64,000 bases of DNA. Origin: Azolla caroliniana. Its lineage: Eukaryota; Plantae; Polypodiophyta. Shown here piece by piece: positions 26,133 through 39,700 of this stretch. Location of the stretch: assembly GCA_043228905.1 (NCBI GenBank), contig JBHGNT010000015.1, positions 10,850,001 through 10,914,000 on the forward strand, given 5' to 3'. The translations under genes were made by a program, and so were the position numbers. How positions within the stretch are numbered: the first letter of the stretch is position 1; every line of letters begins with the position of its first letter. The notes below the pieces were generated by a model. It made no database searches. It saw nothing but the letters and a program-made list of their open reading frames with translations, and was not told where the DNA came from.

Positions 26133-26994
26133 TGACGGGAACTTATCGTTCCTTATGCGCAAGACTCGGCCACAACTGAGATTCTTTTCATACACAGAAA
26201 ACGGGAAATAGAACACGACACAAAGAAGAGAAATGGTACACAGGAGGTTAACGTGGAAAACCCCAAACTAGGGGAAAAACCACGGCAGCCCACAGGCTGC
26301 AAACTGTCACTATGTATGAATGTACAAAACAGTGAGTTCACGGAGGCAACGACCTCGGACTCACAATCTTCGCCACAGGCGGCGGTTACAACAGAGGCAA
26401 CGACCTCTTTCTCTCTCTCTCTGTACAACGTTACGTATTGTCTCTTCTTCTTGCACCAACAAGAAAAATAACAACAACAACCTGATATTAGTTTGCCCTA
26501 AGTCATATTTATACTAATATGACTTTTCGGCTATTTACAAATATAGCCACAATGGGCTCTCAGAAACATATTTACGAATATGTCTCTTCCTCCGGTTCAT
26601 ACTAGGTCTGCACCATCCGGCTCTCCGTAACCGGGTACTCCTCATCCGGTTCATACCGGGCCTGCACCATCCGGCTCTCCGTAGCCGGGTACTCCTCATC
26701 CGGTTCATGCCGGGCCTGCACCATCCGGCTCTCCGTAGCCGGGTACTCCTCATCCGGTTCATATCGGGCCTGCACCATCCGGCTCTCCGTAGCCGGGTAC
26801 TCCTCATCTGGTTCATGCCGGGTCTGCACCATCCGGCTCTCCGTAACCAGGTACTCCTCATCCGGTTCATACCGGGCCTGCACCATCCGGCTCTCCGTAG
26901 TCGGGGTCCTCCTCATATGGTTTCGGCCTCGGCCGAGTTTGTTCATCGTCACTGATCTTCCCCCTTCCCATCCGGAGGGACCTATCTCCCAACA
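26133..26994 (-). mobile_element. Nested copia solo LTR
   Basis: TGACGGGA...TCCCAACA termini, perfect TSD ATTTG, similar to LTR 28261-28808. Confidence 0.85.
26589..26912. repeat. 54-bp tandem repeat, ~6 copies, inside the solo LTR
   Basis: Unit CATCCGGTTCATACCGGGCCTGCACCATCCGGCTCTCCGTAGCCGGGTACTCCT. Confidence 0.93.
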
Positions 26995-29900
26995 ATTTGT
27001 AGGTTTGAATGATTGGAAGTAATCATTTCTTTGGTTTTTTAGTTCAATTTGGAGTTTATCCCCTTTGTATTGACTTGATGGTGGAATATTATAACATTCT
27101 TATCTCTTTCTCATCTTCTCTACCTTTTGTCTTAATTTCTTGAGTCTCCCTCTCTAATTTGTTGTTACCTTGACCTATAAAAACTATTATAATTCACAAC
27201 TCCATCTAATCGGTTTGATCAAGCCCTCGTATTGTGTACAACTATCATCTGTCTTATACACCCTATCAAGACACAACCATGATCTTTGGCTCTGTACGAT
27301 GAGAAGCATTTCCAGTCGGGGGTTAGATGGAACAATGCTCTGGAGTCGACCACCCATGTCATTTCGTTGTTGACAAGGTGTAGCTCGCTATCTTCGGTGA
27401 TAAGCAACAATTCTTCTTCTCTTGTAGCGATTGCTGACATTCCTCTTCTCTTCGAAATTTTCTTCGGTTCCCCCTTTGGCATTCCAGAAGTGTCGGCAAA
27501 TCTTTTGGAAGAGCCCCGACTTTCCGCAATAAAAGCAAGTGGGCCTCCCCCTTGACTTCGACCTCGTCCCCGATTTTTCCCGGTTCTGGGGACTCCGATT
27601 CCGGTCTCTTCCCTGGTTATGGTCGTCTTTCGTAACCAAGGCCTTCGGATTGGTTCCATACTCCCGGTTCTTCTAGCGAGCTTCTTCATCCAGCAAGCTT
27701 GATTTTACCCGTGCCAGAGACAACTGTTTTCCTTCCGGCCTGGCGTTGTCCAAAGTGACAACTCGCATCTCCCAACTATCCGGGAGGGAACCGAGCAACA
27801 ATAACGCGAGTACCTCGTCGGCTAGAGGTACTTCCAATGAGGTTGTCTGATTTATCAGCCCTTGGAATGCATTCATGTGCTCTGCCATGCTAGATCCGTC
27901 TTGGTATCGGAGTCTCACTAACTTCCGGAATACTGAAACCCGATTTACAACGTTCTTGCTCTCCAACATGGTGTCGATTTTCTCCTAGAGCACATGAGCC
28001 TTACTTTCTTCATTAAAGTTATTGTATAGGCTCATGTTGATGAAGCATCTTATGTATGTCATTGTCTTCATGTGCATTGCCTCCCAAATTGTGGCATCGA
28101 TCTTGTCCGGTTTCTTGTCCCCGAACTGTACTGGCAGCCAAAGATCTTTAACCACGACCATGTCCCTCATCTTTGACTTCCACATTGGGTAGTTGGAGCC
28201 GGTGAGTTTGAACATGCTTCCGAATGACTCTTCCATTTGTTGTTTGCGTTGATACTAGATTGTGCAGAATAGCGCTCGGCCACAGTCGAGTCTCAAACAC
28301 TCAATGGAAGAAACAAAAAACAGAAATGAAGATTAATGCACTTACACAGAATGAGACGACACCGGATGTTTACGTGGAAAACCCTAATAGGGAAAAACCA
28401 CGGGAGCCTACAAGACTCCAACTATCACTATGAGTAGAAAAGGTTACAACGCGAGACTCAAAGGCAACGACCTCTTGCTTAATGCCTTTGCCAACCGGCG
28501 GTTACAACAAAAAATACATTCTGTATCTCTCTCTCTGTCTCTCTACACTCTATACAACAATAATGACAACAACATAATGAACACTATTCCCTAATTATAT
28601 TTATACTCATATAACTTTAGGGTTATTTACAAATATGACCTCAACGGTCATGTTTGAGCATATTTACTAATATGTTCCTACATGTTGGTTCATACCGGAT
28701 CTGGCCGAAATCCTTCCGGATCCATTCGATCTAGTATCCGGATACCTTCCTTCGGCTCGTCTGATCCTGCTCATCCGGATCCCATTTGGAGGGACCTGTT
28801 TCCCAACACATTGTAACATGGGAATTCAAGTGTTTCATGTACAAGGGTACATGAAAAAAAACTTAAATGTAAAAATGATTAGAAGAGAGTAATTACAAAG
28901 CAATTTGAGGAAGATCTTCATTACTCTATTAATGATACTAGATTTGATGAGAAGGAAGCTTGACATAATGCTAGAATATAATATAATGGATTGGATTATC
29001 CTACGACATAGAGAGACTTATCCTACATATGATGTACAAGTGTTGGAATTGGCATAAGGAGGCTTAAAAGCATAAAAAGTCAACTTCGAAAATGTTCTAC
29101 AATATTGTGGAGAAATAGAGGAACTCGAAAGTGTGTCCAAATTCATCTAGGTCAGGTGGCAAATCTAGATGGTTTCAAACACTTCTAGAACATTAAAAAA
29201 ACTACTAAATATACAAAAACTTTTAGAGCAAAGTTATGAGCATCTTCTAGGCATTTCGAAGATGCCCCACGTGAGATAAATGAGGCTAAAACGTCAGTCT
29301 ATGCATGGAATGAAGAAAGCGTTACTTTTTTTTTTTTCATGATAGAGAAAGCATGCAATAGGAGATTAGGTGCATAATATGATGTGATGATTACACTAAA
29401 TCACAATAAAAACAATCGAAAGACATTATACAAAGGCGTGTTGGAGTGAGTAGGCTTCACAACACACAATGAGAAGACAGACGGAGCAATAGTGTGTAGA
29501 TCGGAAGAACAGAAGGAGGAGTGAAAGACGTCTTTGCTCTCGCTCGGATGGCAATTTGCAATATCGAAGAGCTAGTAAGTATGTAGTGAGTGTATCATCA
29601 TGATTCATATCATAGTGTGAACTCACTCTTATATTTGCCCCCCCCCCCCTCTTCTTCCTTTGGTGATGGTGCACAGATCCGATCGATGAGCCCTCCCTCC
29701 CTCGGGGTTCTTTCTGTTTCTCTGCATACACCGACTAACAGACGACCTTCGAGGCTCAATTCAAATACTCCACTAACTGCCAAGGTACGTGGATATCTCT
29801 CTGTTGATCACTCTCTGTCACAGTCACAGTCACACACACACACACACACACACCCACACCCACCCACACACACTCCCTTCATTACACTATTCCATTGTTT

Positions 29901-30711
29901 TCCTATATTGCTTGAACTAGTGAATTAAGGGAGAAGCAGGGTAGATGTGTACCTCAAACAGAGAAAAAAGCTTTGGATCTTAAGAAGGGGTTGAGTAAAA
30001 TTGATGAAGCTGGAAAGCCTTGCAAATAGGAAGTTATGCGTATGTAAATGAGCATGTAATTAAGAAATCACGATCACATGTGTGTATATAATGAATCTGG
30101 AAAGAAATTGTAACAATTCCTATTGCGGATACATTATAGCATGGGTCTGAGAGGTCATGATCATACATACATACGTGTGTGTGTACACATACTTATTTGA
30201 ACGTGTCTATCAAATCATAAGAGCCATGCTATGGTTAATATTTGAAAGCATATAGATTGACAATCTTTGAATCAGTCTTTTGTTAAGGTAGATTTTATAA
30301 TACTGTTTTGTTATGGTAGATTTTACTGATCATTATACTATCTTAAAGAGAAGGAGAAATATGTGGGCATCTTTTTGAATTTCTATTAGATCTTTGTATT
30401 TAAGAAAATGTTTGGTATATGTCCACTCAATCTCGTGACAGATGGGAGGAACATATCTTATTGCTGTTTTATTTTGGACACCTAAATAAAAACCTATTTT
30501 TTTTATAAAAGAGAATGCGATGTGATATTTTATACAGCTAATACACAAGCCTCTTTTGTTTATAAATATAGTATGATATCTTCCTATAAGATTCTTTGCC
30601 TCCTTTGCATGCTATTTAAATAATGTGAGGAAACTACTAAGGTGGTACTCATGAAGTGTTTATGGGTATGGTCCTCTTCCAGCGATCAATCTACATTGAA
30701 GATTTGATGTG

Positions 30712-33700
30712 ATGGCATCTTGGTTCCGTGCAGCAGAAGGTAAGTATTAAAATTTATTCTTTCTCTTCTACTAAGTTTGCTTAAGAGTATTTATTGTAAT
30801 AATCAAACTTATGTCTCTATGATATTCGTTAGAAAGTTTCAATGACATTTGATCCACGTGAAGTTTGAGACCCCACAAACTTGGGGTTGGAATTGTAATG
30901 GGTCTGTCCATTTGGATATCAACATCTTTGAAGAAACCTTCAAGAATAGAGACATTGCTATTTTGGCAGCCATTTTCAGGTGATACGAGAAACACAAACG
31001 TTAATCAGTCTTAATGCTCTCAGTGATACACTGTAATAGGCACTGGAGACTCTAGAGGCGTAGCAATTATATACAAACTATAACCATATTTAGTATGGGT
31101 GGTAGACAAAGACCAAGAGACATGACACTTGGGGATCAAAGTACATACAAACAGGCTTAGATTTCCCACTACTGAACTTTAGATACCCCCCTAGGGGAAA
31201 TTACCTTGTATGTGGTAGCATCATAAGATTTGGAACCTTGGGTAACATTCTTTTAGTGGAAGACTTGAATGCACACACTGGACAAAGACCAACATCTTTT
31301 TGTTTCACAAATGAACTAATGTACGAGGAAGTTACAGCCAAGAACTTGAATATGCAAAGATCTGCAGAGGACAAAGGGTAACAGCTTCTGGCTTTATGGA
31401 GTGCTCAATGGATTAGGTGATGCGATCTCCTTTCTTGATACTGGATATTCCAGGGAAGCTTATTCGTTTGGCAGCAGATCATGCTTGCTTAGCGTTCTCA
31501 ATATCTTGCAAATGCATCTACACTTCAGTACCAACCTCAATATCCGATGTATCATTTTACCTGGGGAGCTTCTGGAGTGTACAGCAGTGCAGTCTTTTAT
31601 ACCCTTGATACCCTGAATCCTCTCAGATCCATAGAGAACATCACTAGAGACCTTGCATAAGTAATGCATGCCTCGATATACCTCAAATATTTTCACCACC
31701 ACTTCCATGCAACAGTGCCCTCGAGAATACCTGATCACGACTGCCACACGACATTTACCTGACTTCTAAAGAGAGATCACTCTTGTGATTGTTAATCAGA
31801 GCCACACAAAATGGTATGTTTGGCTGCTGATAAATAGGAAACAAGTCAATACCTTTGCAGTGTTGATTTGTACTAGGACTTCTTGGGACAATACAACATA
31901 TTGGCTTGGTTGATGCACCACAAAATACAGCCCCAACCATAGCACCTTAGATATGGCACACATATGAACCTCTCTTTATGTTATCCCTGGGCAGCCATCC
32001 GCCCCACTCCTCACCAACTCATCCCAATGAGAGACTTCTTCACGAGAAAAATGCAATGGTGTATATTGATAAACTACAAAATGAGAGAGCCCTGGACCGA
32101 TGTGCGCAACCAACTGGATCTTTTATTTTATGGTAGTGACTTCATACTTTATTCATAATAGGAGACCAGTGGAGCTTCTCAAACTCATATAGTATTATTT
32201 CAATGATTAACGTTTTATGTTCCAATGTATATCATATATCCTAAGACCAAAGCTTTGGTTGCTGAGCACTTATCTTAGGCGTGAGGCAATTTGGTATCAC
32301 TAGTTGCACACCTATAGAACAAGCTACATGCAATGGTGTTATCTTAGGCGTGAGGCAATTTGGTATCACTAGTTGCATTAGTTGGCTAAGTTGTATGAAT
32401 CTATTTTAGAGCATGGAGTAAACCATTGGGCTGAAAGGCATGGATATATAGCATTATGGCAAGCAGGATATAGGAAAGGATATGGCACATTGGATCACGT
32501 TCTCACACTATGAGCTATCATTGAGTGGAGCCAAGCACATTGAATGAAAGTGTACTGCTACTTTCTGGATGTCTAGGAGGATTTTGACACAGTTCTGAGA
32601 ACTGGACTAATGAAGAGGCTACAAGGGATTTGTGTGTCAATGGAGATTCTATGGGGGATCTTTGGATTGTATGAATATGTGACAAGCACATAGGGACCCT
32701 AGGGGGAATGCCAATTCACTGAATAGTAATATTAAGGAGAAAGAAGACTCATGTTCTCATCCACAATTTTTGGGCTGTATGTTCATGAGATTCCAGATTA
32801 CCTAGCCACAGTTAGGAGGAGCAAAACCCAGCCTACCAAGAATTTCAATACAAATCTTACTATATGCAGATATTTTCCTTCATTTCAAATTCATGCGAGG
32901 AACAAGCCCATCAAAAGCACCATAAAACTTTTGCATGGGTTTAGGGTCTAAGGTAAACCCTAAACCCATCTCAAAGTAACATTGTAATACTAATGTAGTG
33001 GTTTTTATGAAAACATAAACATGGGTTACAACATAGAGCATGAGTGTGCCCTCTTTCATGCACAAATCCATAAGCTTTTCAGCCAATAAACTTTGCTAGC
33101 TACATTCTTGTAGACATACAATTCTTGTAGTCTAGTCTAGATAGCATATTTGCTGGGGATAAAGGCCCCAAGGTCTCTCCTTTTTGTATATTTTGACCCT
33201 TCCATGTGAAAGCACCCTTCGAGAGTTTTCTAGACACATATTTACCATATTTTTTGGCCCCAATTTGGGGGGCTATAGGCATTTACATTATCTTTATAAC
33301 TTTTTGGCCATGTGTGAACGTGCCCAAATAACCTAAAAGCTACTTATCAATAAGAATTAGTCCCAAAACCTCTCATAGTGAGAGAGGGACTTTAGCGGCT
33401 AGGGTTTCCTCTCCATTTTCTGCACAAATTTCTCTACTTTCTCTCTCTTCACACAGCAGCCCACTCCCTTAAGTGTTTTGGATCTAACCACGCCACCATT
33501 GTCATCTCTCTTTCAATATTTAGTCCAAACCATCAATTGTAAATAGCAAGGCATCAGAAACTGATAGCTAAAGGTTGAGTAAACATGTTTAACTCCCAAT
33601 AATCCTTATCTATATTTGTAGGCTTTACCACTATGACCGTGATCGGCTTTGCTTACTTCTTCTACAACTTGTGTGCACCATCAAGTTTCTTGATGTGCAT

Positions 33701-36700
33701 GAGATGGCCACTATAACCACTGCGTGCCAAAATTTTTAGCCAAACAATTCAGCAAATGTAGGCCCAAACCCTACAAACTCCTATTTCAGTGTGTAAGGGG
33801 CTTGCTTGCAGACAACCTACACGTGGGCAAAACGTGATGATCGGCAGGGGCTGCAGGTCTCTTCACTACTGACTTGTAGTGAGATGCGCTGACTGTTGCA
33901 GCCCCCTGCTGGTCTCCTGCCTGCACTGCCTGTATTGAGCCACGCGTGCTGACTGTCATAGCCCCTGCACTAACTACAAGGGATCTTTATTTTAATGAGT
34001 CTGATCACGAATCGTTATCAGATGGAAGAAGACAATTTAGACTTGTGATACACACTAGTACATCACCAGTCTTTTCAGGGTGTTGAAACTAGGCTCCTAC
34101 TGTTATCATGAACAGTGAGGTAGATATATATGGTTGCCGAGAGGACCTCTCAGTTCTGAACCCATTGCTATTTACTTATTTGTATAGTAAATGCGTGTTG
34201 AACTGTAGATTAAAGTAAAGTAGAAAAAACGTGAAAGTAATATGTTATTTGCTATATTTCTAGAGCTGTTTGAGGTGGTTGATCGAAGAGCTAAACAAGT
34301 AACAGATGACTTGGTGGCAGGGCAGAATCCAGGCTAGTGCTTTGTTAATCCATTGTCTAAGTTCCATTTTATCAAAACGAAAATTGTGCATTAAATAGTT
34401 TATACGTGTTCGTTCTCTGTTTTTCAGCTCCAGACTTGGGTGTCTTTGGAAGAGTACTGGTGACAAATGCATCGGTTAAGGTGCATTATTGTCTTACTTA
34501 TGATAACTCTGTTTTCTTGTATGAGAATCTATTATTACTTGGACATTTTGCACCTTGTTGATCAACCTGGAAAATAAGTCTTTTAACATATCAATTTAAT
34601 TACTGTAGGCAAATGTCAATAAATCTCTGGATTCCTCCGATTCCAAGTTTATTCCAACAGATAAAATCATTGAGGATGAATCTACAGAGGATGTTGCAGA
34701 GAAGGATTACCTTCCCTTGCCTGAAAGTATTTCTCCAGTTTCTTCTGGAGATTCGGCCACAAATGCCCCTACCATGGATATTTTACCAGTTGACCAAACT
34801 GAACAAACAGGATCCTATGAAGTCTCGACTAAACTCTCAAACATAAATACTGCTGGCAGTAAATATGTGGAAGAGACACAAATGACAGAGTTCAAGGCAG
34901 TTGAGTGCAAGTTTATAACAGAAAACGGGTCAGTCAGTGTTGAACTGGTTGCCAAGCAGTCTAATTGGGAGAGGAATGGAGCATTAGACACAAAGGACAA
35001 ACCAGAATTTTCTGAAAAGACTGGAAATGTTGTTTCCACTATTGCTGGAATTCAAAACTCTCATGATGGACTAGCTCAGAAAGAGGTTCCTAAACTAGAG
35101 GAACAACTTGATGAAGTACCATTAAACTACATACCCTTGATTTCTTTGATGTTCAGAGATTTCTGGATGCTTAATTTCTTCTTTGATTGGTTTTTAGGCG
35201 CAGAGATTACTCAAGTCTGCTCCTTCTGGTCAGTCAAAAGAAGCAAGACTTGCAAAGGTATGAAGTCATGATTGATTCCTTTTGTCTTATGGGGTTGAAA
35301 TATGCGGGATAGGAATGTTTTCACTTTAATGTCATACAGTCAATTGTGTGATCATCATATTGTCAATTATGTGTGCCTGCCGCAACAGTTTTTGCGATTC
35401 ATGATTTTGGCATTCATAATATCTTGAGGAAATAACCTCTTGAAAAATCACTAGCAATATTACCGAGGTAGAGATATTACTGATGCCCCGTTAAAAATCA
35501 TTTTTAAGTGATTAAAGTTTTGTGAAGGTATTATACAGATGATCAATGATGTTAATTTAATAGTTTATGGAAACTTATTGTAGTGGCAGATAATTTGATG
35601 TTTGATTTTGTTAAGAGTCATATCCTGCTAGAAAGTTTACACTGCTGGAGCCATTAAACATTTGATAAAATAAATCATCTATTTGTTTCTGGTTTATTTA
35701 TATGTATTTGCTGCTAATCTCAGTAATTTCAATTTTTAGTGGGATTTAGTCTTACAAATATTTCAGTAAATGTGCTAGATATGACGTCAACATTTAGCAA
35801 ATAAAAATTGTTTGCAATGTGTCCTTGAGAATCAAGATCACAAATAACTATGATTCTTCACATAAGCGAGCTCGCATTACATAACCGGACTTTCCACTAT
35901 CATAGATGTTTTTATTGCATAGCATGAACACTTATATATATATATCTCTAGAGTTCTGGTCTATTGTTTTCAATTTTTGGTTCTTCAATTTTTCATACAA
36001 ACATGAAATGAGCCCCGAGCAGGTAGCTTGCCATATTAAGCACATGCGTTTAGGCAGAATAGAAAAGAATGCGAACTGAATCAGAAAATACTGGCAAAAA
36101 GTGGAATTCAGGAGACACCAGAGAGAGGGATATAGAGCAAAATGATAAAGCAGGGCCTTCCAGTATTTTAAAAGAAAAAGAAAAGGTGAGTCCATCGTTT
36201 AAATTACTGTTGAATATTGAAGCCTCAACTGATTTGAGAAAAATACTGGAACAAAGAGTTCTTGACAGTAAAGTGGAGACCTCATTATGAAACTATTGGG
36301 CATAGCAAAGAGAGTTTTCACAATGTGATAATCGATGGTGGGCTTCATCATTTCTTGAAGGAACAACTAACAAGTTACAACATGGATTTGATTAATCATA
36401 GGTGAGCACAGAAACTTTCATCTGTGCTCTCTAGACATATGAAATACTGATGAGTTTTAGGTATAGATCTATTAAACATATATGACATTTGTTGCTTTTG
36501 AGATCATTATAGCTTCTCAAAATATGTAGAATATAGATTGATTTGTTTTCTTCCATTGGAAATTATAAAATGGAATAAATAGACCCATGTTTGATCTTTC
36601 TTATTCATAACATAGCCTGCTTGATTCTAGGCCCACACATAGTAACTGTAATTGTCTGAATCCCTTCCTGTAATGTTTACTTAAATTGTCATGGCAGCTG

Positions 36701-39700
36701 ATGTGCATTCATAGCAGATGCTTTCTTGTTAGCTTTTGCTGCTGTTATACCTACAAATAAAGTAAATCTCAGATGATCAAGGGCTAACCAAAAAGGACAT
36801 CTGGATGCAGGTATGTGCAGGACTTTCATCACGGCTGCAAGAATACAAATCTGAAAATGCACAATTGGAAGAGCTTCTCCAGCGTGAGGTTTGTTAAATG
36901 TGATTCTGCTAATGGTTTCATCCATTGACAATACTTCTCTTGAGCTAAATTTTGCATCCTTCAGAGAGAAGAAAATTCTGTCCAACAACTCAAAATAAAA
37001 GAACTTCAGTCAGAACTTGCCTCAGTCAGAGCAGATGTAAATTTGGTGGAGTCTCAGATGTCATCTGCTTTGACTTCTAAGAATGCTGAAATAGAAGCCC
37101 TGACAAACTTGTCAGAAAGTTTCAGAAAACAGGTGGTTTCCACAGAAGGAAAGCTAGCATCATTGCAGGTTTTGGACAGAGCTAATCTACATATGTAATT
37201 TACTCTAGTACAAGAAATTTTACCATTTACGAATTCTCCTTCATTGATTTCTTTCTGCTGTGTGTGGATTTAAATGGTATTAGGCTGAACTAGAAGCTCT
37301 CATGAGGAGTCGAGACATAAGTGAAAATGGAATGATACAGGTTTGGAAGAGCTATGTTGAAAGTTTTGAACTTTGATATGTTATCAATATTGCAACACGT
37401 TGACTTTTAGTTTATGCAGACACTAAAGGAAGCCTTGGATGCTGCTGAAAATAGGGCAGAGGAGGAACACCTCTCGCATGCTGCAACTCGCAAGGTGATT
37501 TTACTGTGTTTGTGGGTCTCTAATGATAGTGTATATCATGTAATGCATTATCCTATAGACCATCTTGATAGGTATGAGTGAAGTAATAAATATTTCATAA
37601 TATGATCTTTGCATATATTGCATATGTAAAGTTCTGGGTTCCTTAAGTTGATTTAAATTGTTTTTTTAATCTATCTAATTTGATTGTCATGAATAGGCTG
37701 CTGTACAGAGGGAGGCAGAATTGGAGCAATGTGTGGCTGACGTGACAACATCTTTGTCAAAGATGCAGGTAAAGACAGAATAATCTGTCCAAGCCTGGAA
37801 TGGAATTGTGTAAGAAGTTTAAAAGGAGTGGCTGTTAAAGTGGTCTTATGCGCAACTGCTTATTATAGTCTCCAGTGAGAAGAGGTGTAATTTTCATGGG
37901 AAGGAAATAAGGGTAATCGGATGATTAGCCATTAGAATTAGAATGGTTAAACGTAGGTACGAAGCATTCTTTCGAATTATTAAATATTTTTGAGCATATT
38001 TGTACTGCATCTTTTTTGCTAAAGCATTAGAAATTTTCTTAGTTTCTGTTCTTGATTCTTATATTTGCATGCATGATATCATCCTCTTTAAGCACTTATT
38101 TATCATGGTTTTAGATTCATACACTTGAAAGAAATTATTGTATTTGTTCCTTTGAGACCAAAACAGTATGAAACAAATTGGATGGTTCCTTTATCCATGC
38201 TAATCATCAGCTTTCCCTGTGATGCATTTTCATGAATCACATATTCTTTTATCTTTTCTAGCACTAAATGACAGATCTGAAGATGCATTCATGCTCCTTC
38301 AATTGTTTGTTTCTATTTCTTCTGTCTTTTGCTTGTTTCGATTTTTTCTTTCTTGATTCTTTTCTTCCGTATATATGAATTGTACAAGGTTTTAGAAATA
38401 TATATGCATTGTACAAGATTTTAGAAATTGTTTCTTGTGTTGCAGAGGACAGTTGATGAACGAACTCAGAGGGCAGCCGATCTTGAGCAGAAAGTTTCTG
38501 CATTAGAAGTAAGCCTGTTGTGAGTGGCAATGAGCCCGGTTTGGTTTCAGTTCGGTTCGGTTTCTTTGCCTTGAAACCGAACCAAACCATTTATATAAAA
38601 CAAAAACCAAACCAAACTGTTTAGGACCAAGCCTTTAAACCAAACCATTTAAGAAAAGGAAAACCAAACTATTAAACCAAAACCGTTTAGGGAAAAGTTG
38701 AAACCAAACCGAGCCATTTAATAAAAAGTTTAAACCTCACCACATTTAAGCCAAATTAATTAAAAATTTTAAAAAATAAAAATGCACTAAATTGAATAAG
38801 CATTTATGTTTAATTAATTAATTAAATAAATAAGCATTTATGTTAAATTAATTAAATAAATAAATAAGCATGAATTAAGTCATTAGATTAAATAAACATT
38901 TAAGTTAAGTGAATTAAATCAATAAAAAACATTAATTAAACGATTAAATTACATAAACATTTAAGGGATAAAAAAAGTTAGCCCAAAAACCTATAAACCT
39001 TTAAACCAAACCACTTAAACCTACAAACCGATAAACCCCAGTTTCAGAACCAAACCGGACTAAAACCGAACCGTTTATTAATAATTAAACAAACCATTTA
39101 ATTATTTTGGAACTTATAAACCTTTACACCATGGCTTAACGGTTCGGTTCGGTTTGAGCCGAAACCAGGCCCATTGCTAGTTGTGAGTTAATCTCTTGTA
39201 GTTTAAGTATTCACAACTTGAATGACAAGTATGGTGTAAGCATGCTTCAGTAACCAAGTTTTCATGCTTTAGGTAGATTGTGCAAGCTTGACTCAGGAAC
39301 TTCAGGAGATGGAGACAAAGCTAAGAAGAGAGATAAAGAAATCTTCGGATGATGCAACACAAACGTTGCAGATTCAAGCATGGCGAGAGGATGCTGATCG
39401 AGCACGAATGGCACAAAAAACTGCAGAAGGGAAGGTTTTGGCTTTGAAGGTATTTATTTGCCATGTTAATTCTTAACGAGGTTATGGTTGCTCTCATGGA
39501 ACCCTAAATATAATCTATTTTTCAGGCAGAAAATCAAAAGCTTAGAGTAGATCTGGCTGGTTTGAAACGTGATGCGGATGAAGTTTCTACCCAGGTAGTC
39601 AGATCATATGCTCAAGTACTCTTTTTTGAGAAATTGAAAATCATGTATGATTAGGGGTTGAATGTGGGAAGAGAATTTCAAGAAGGTTGTTAGAACAAAA

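Larger units (their letters stand above)
25643..27268 (+). mobile_element. Solo LTR inserted in the copia protease region, itself hosting another solo LTR
   Basis: TGTGAA...CTATCA, degenerate 5-bp TSD GGATA/AGACA. Removal restores HGCVHMGNEG. Confidence 0.7.
23977..28808 (-). mobile_element. Decayed Ty1/copia element, 5' LTR ~28261-28808, 3' end truncated
   Basis: gag MEESFGSMFKLTGSNYPMWK, CFYCGKSG, protease WVVDSRALFHL, INT, RT start. Degenerate tRNA-Met PBS at ~28246-28257. Confidence 0.88.

Noticed and set aside
26589-26912. CRISPR-like array
   Set aside because: Head-to-tail units with no unique spacers, inside a plant LTR, and no cas genes
31340-32150. Possible second LINE remnant on the minus strand
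   Set aside because: Only vague coding-like character, with no motif I can name
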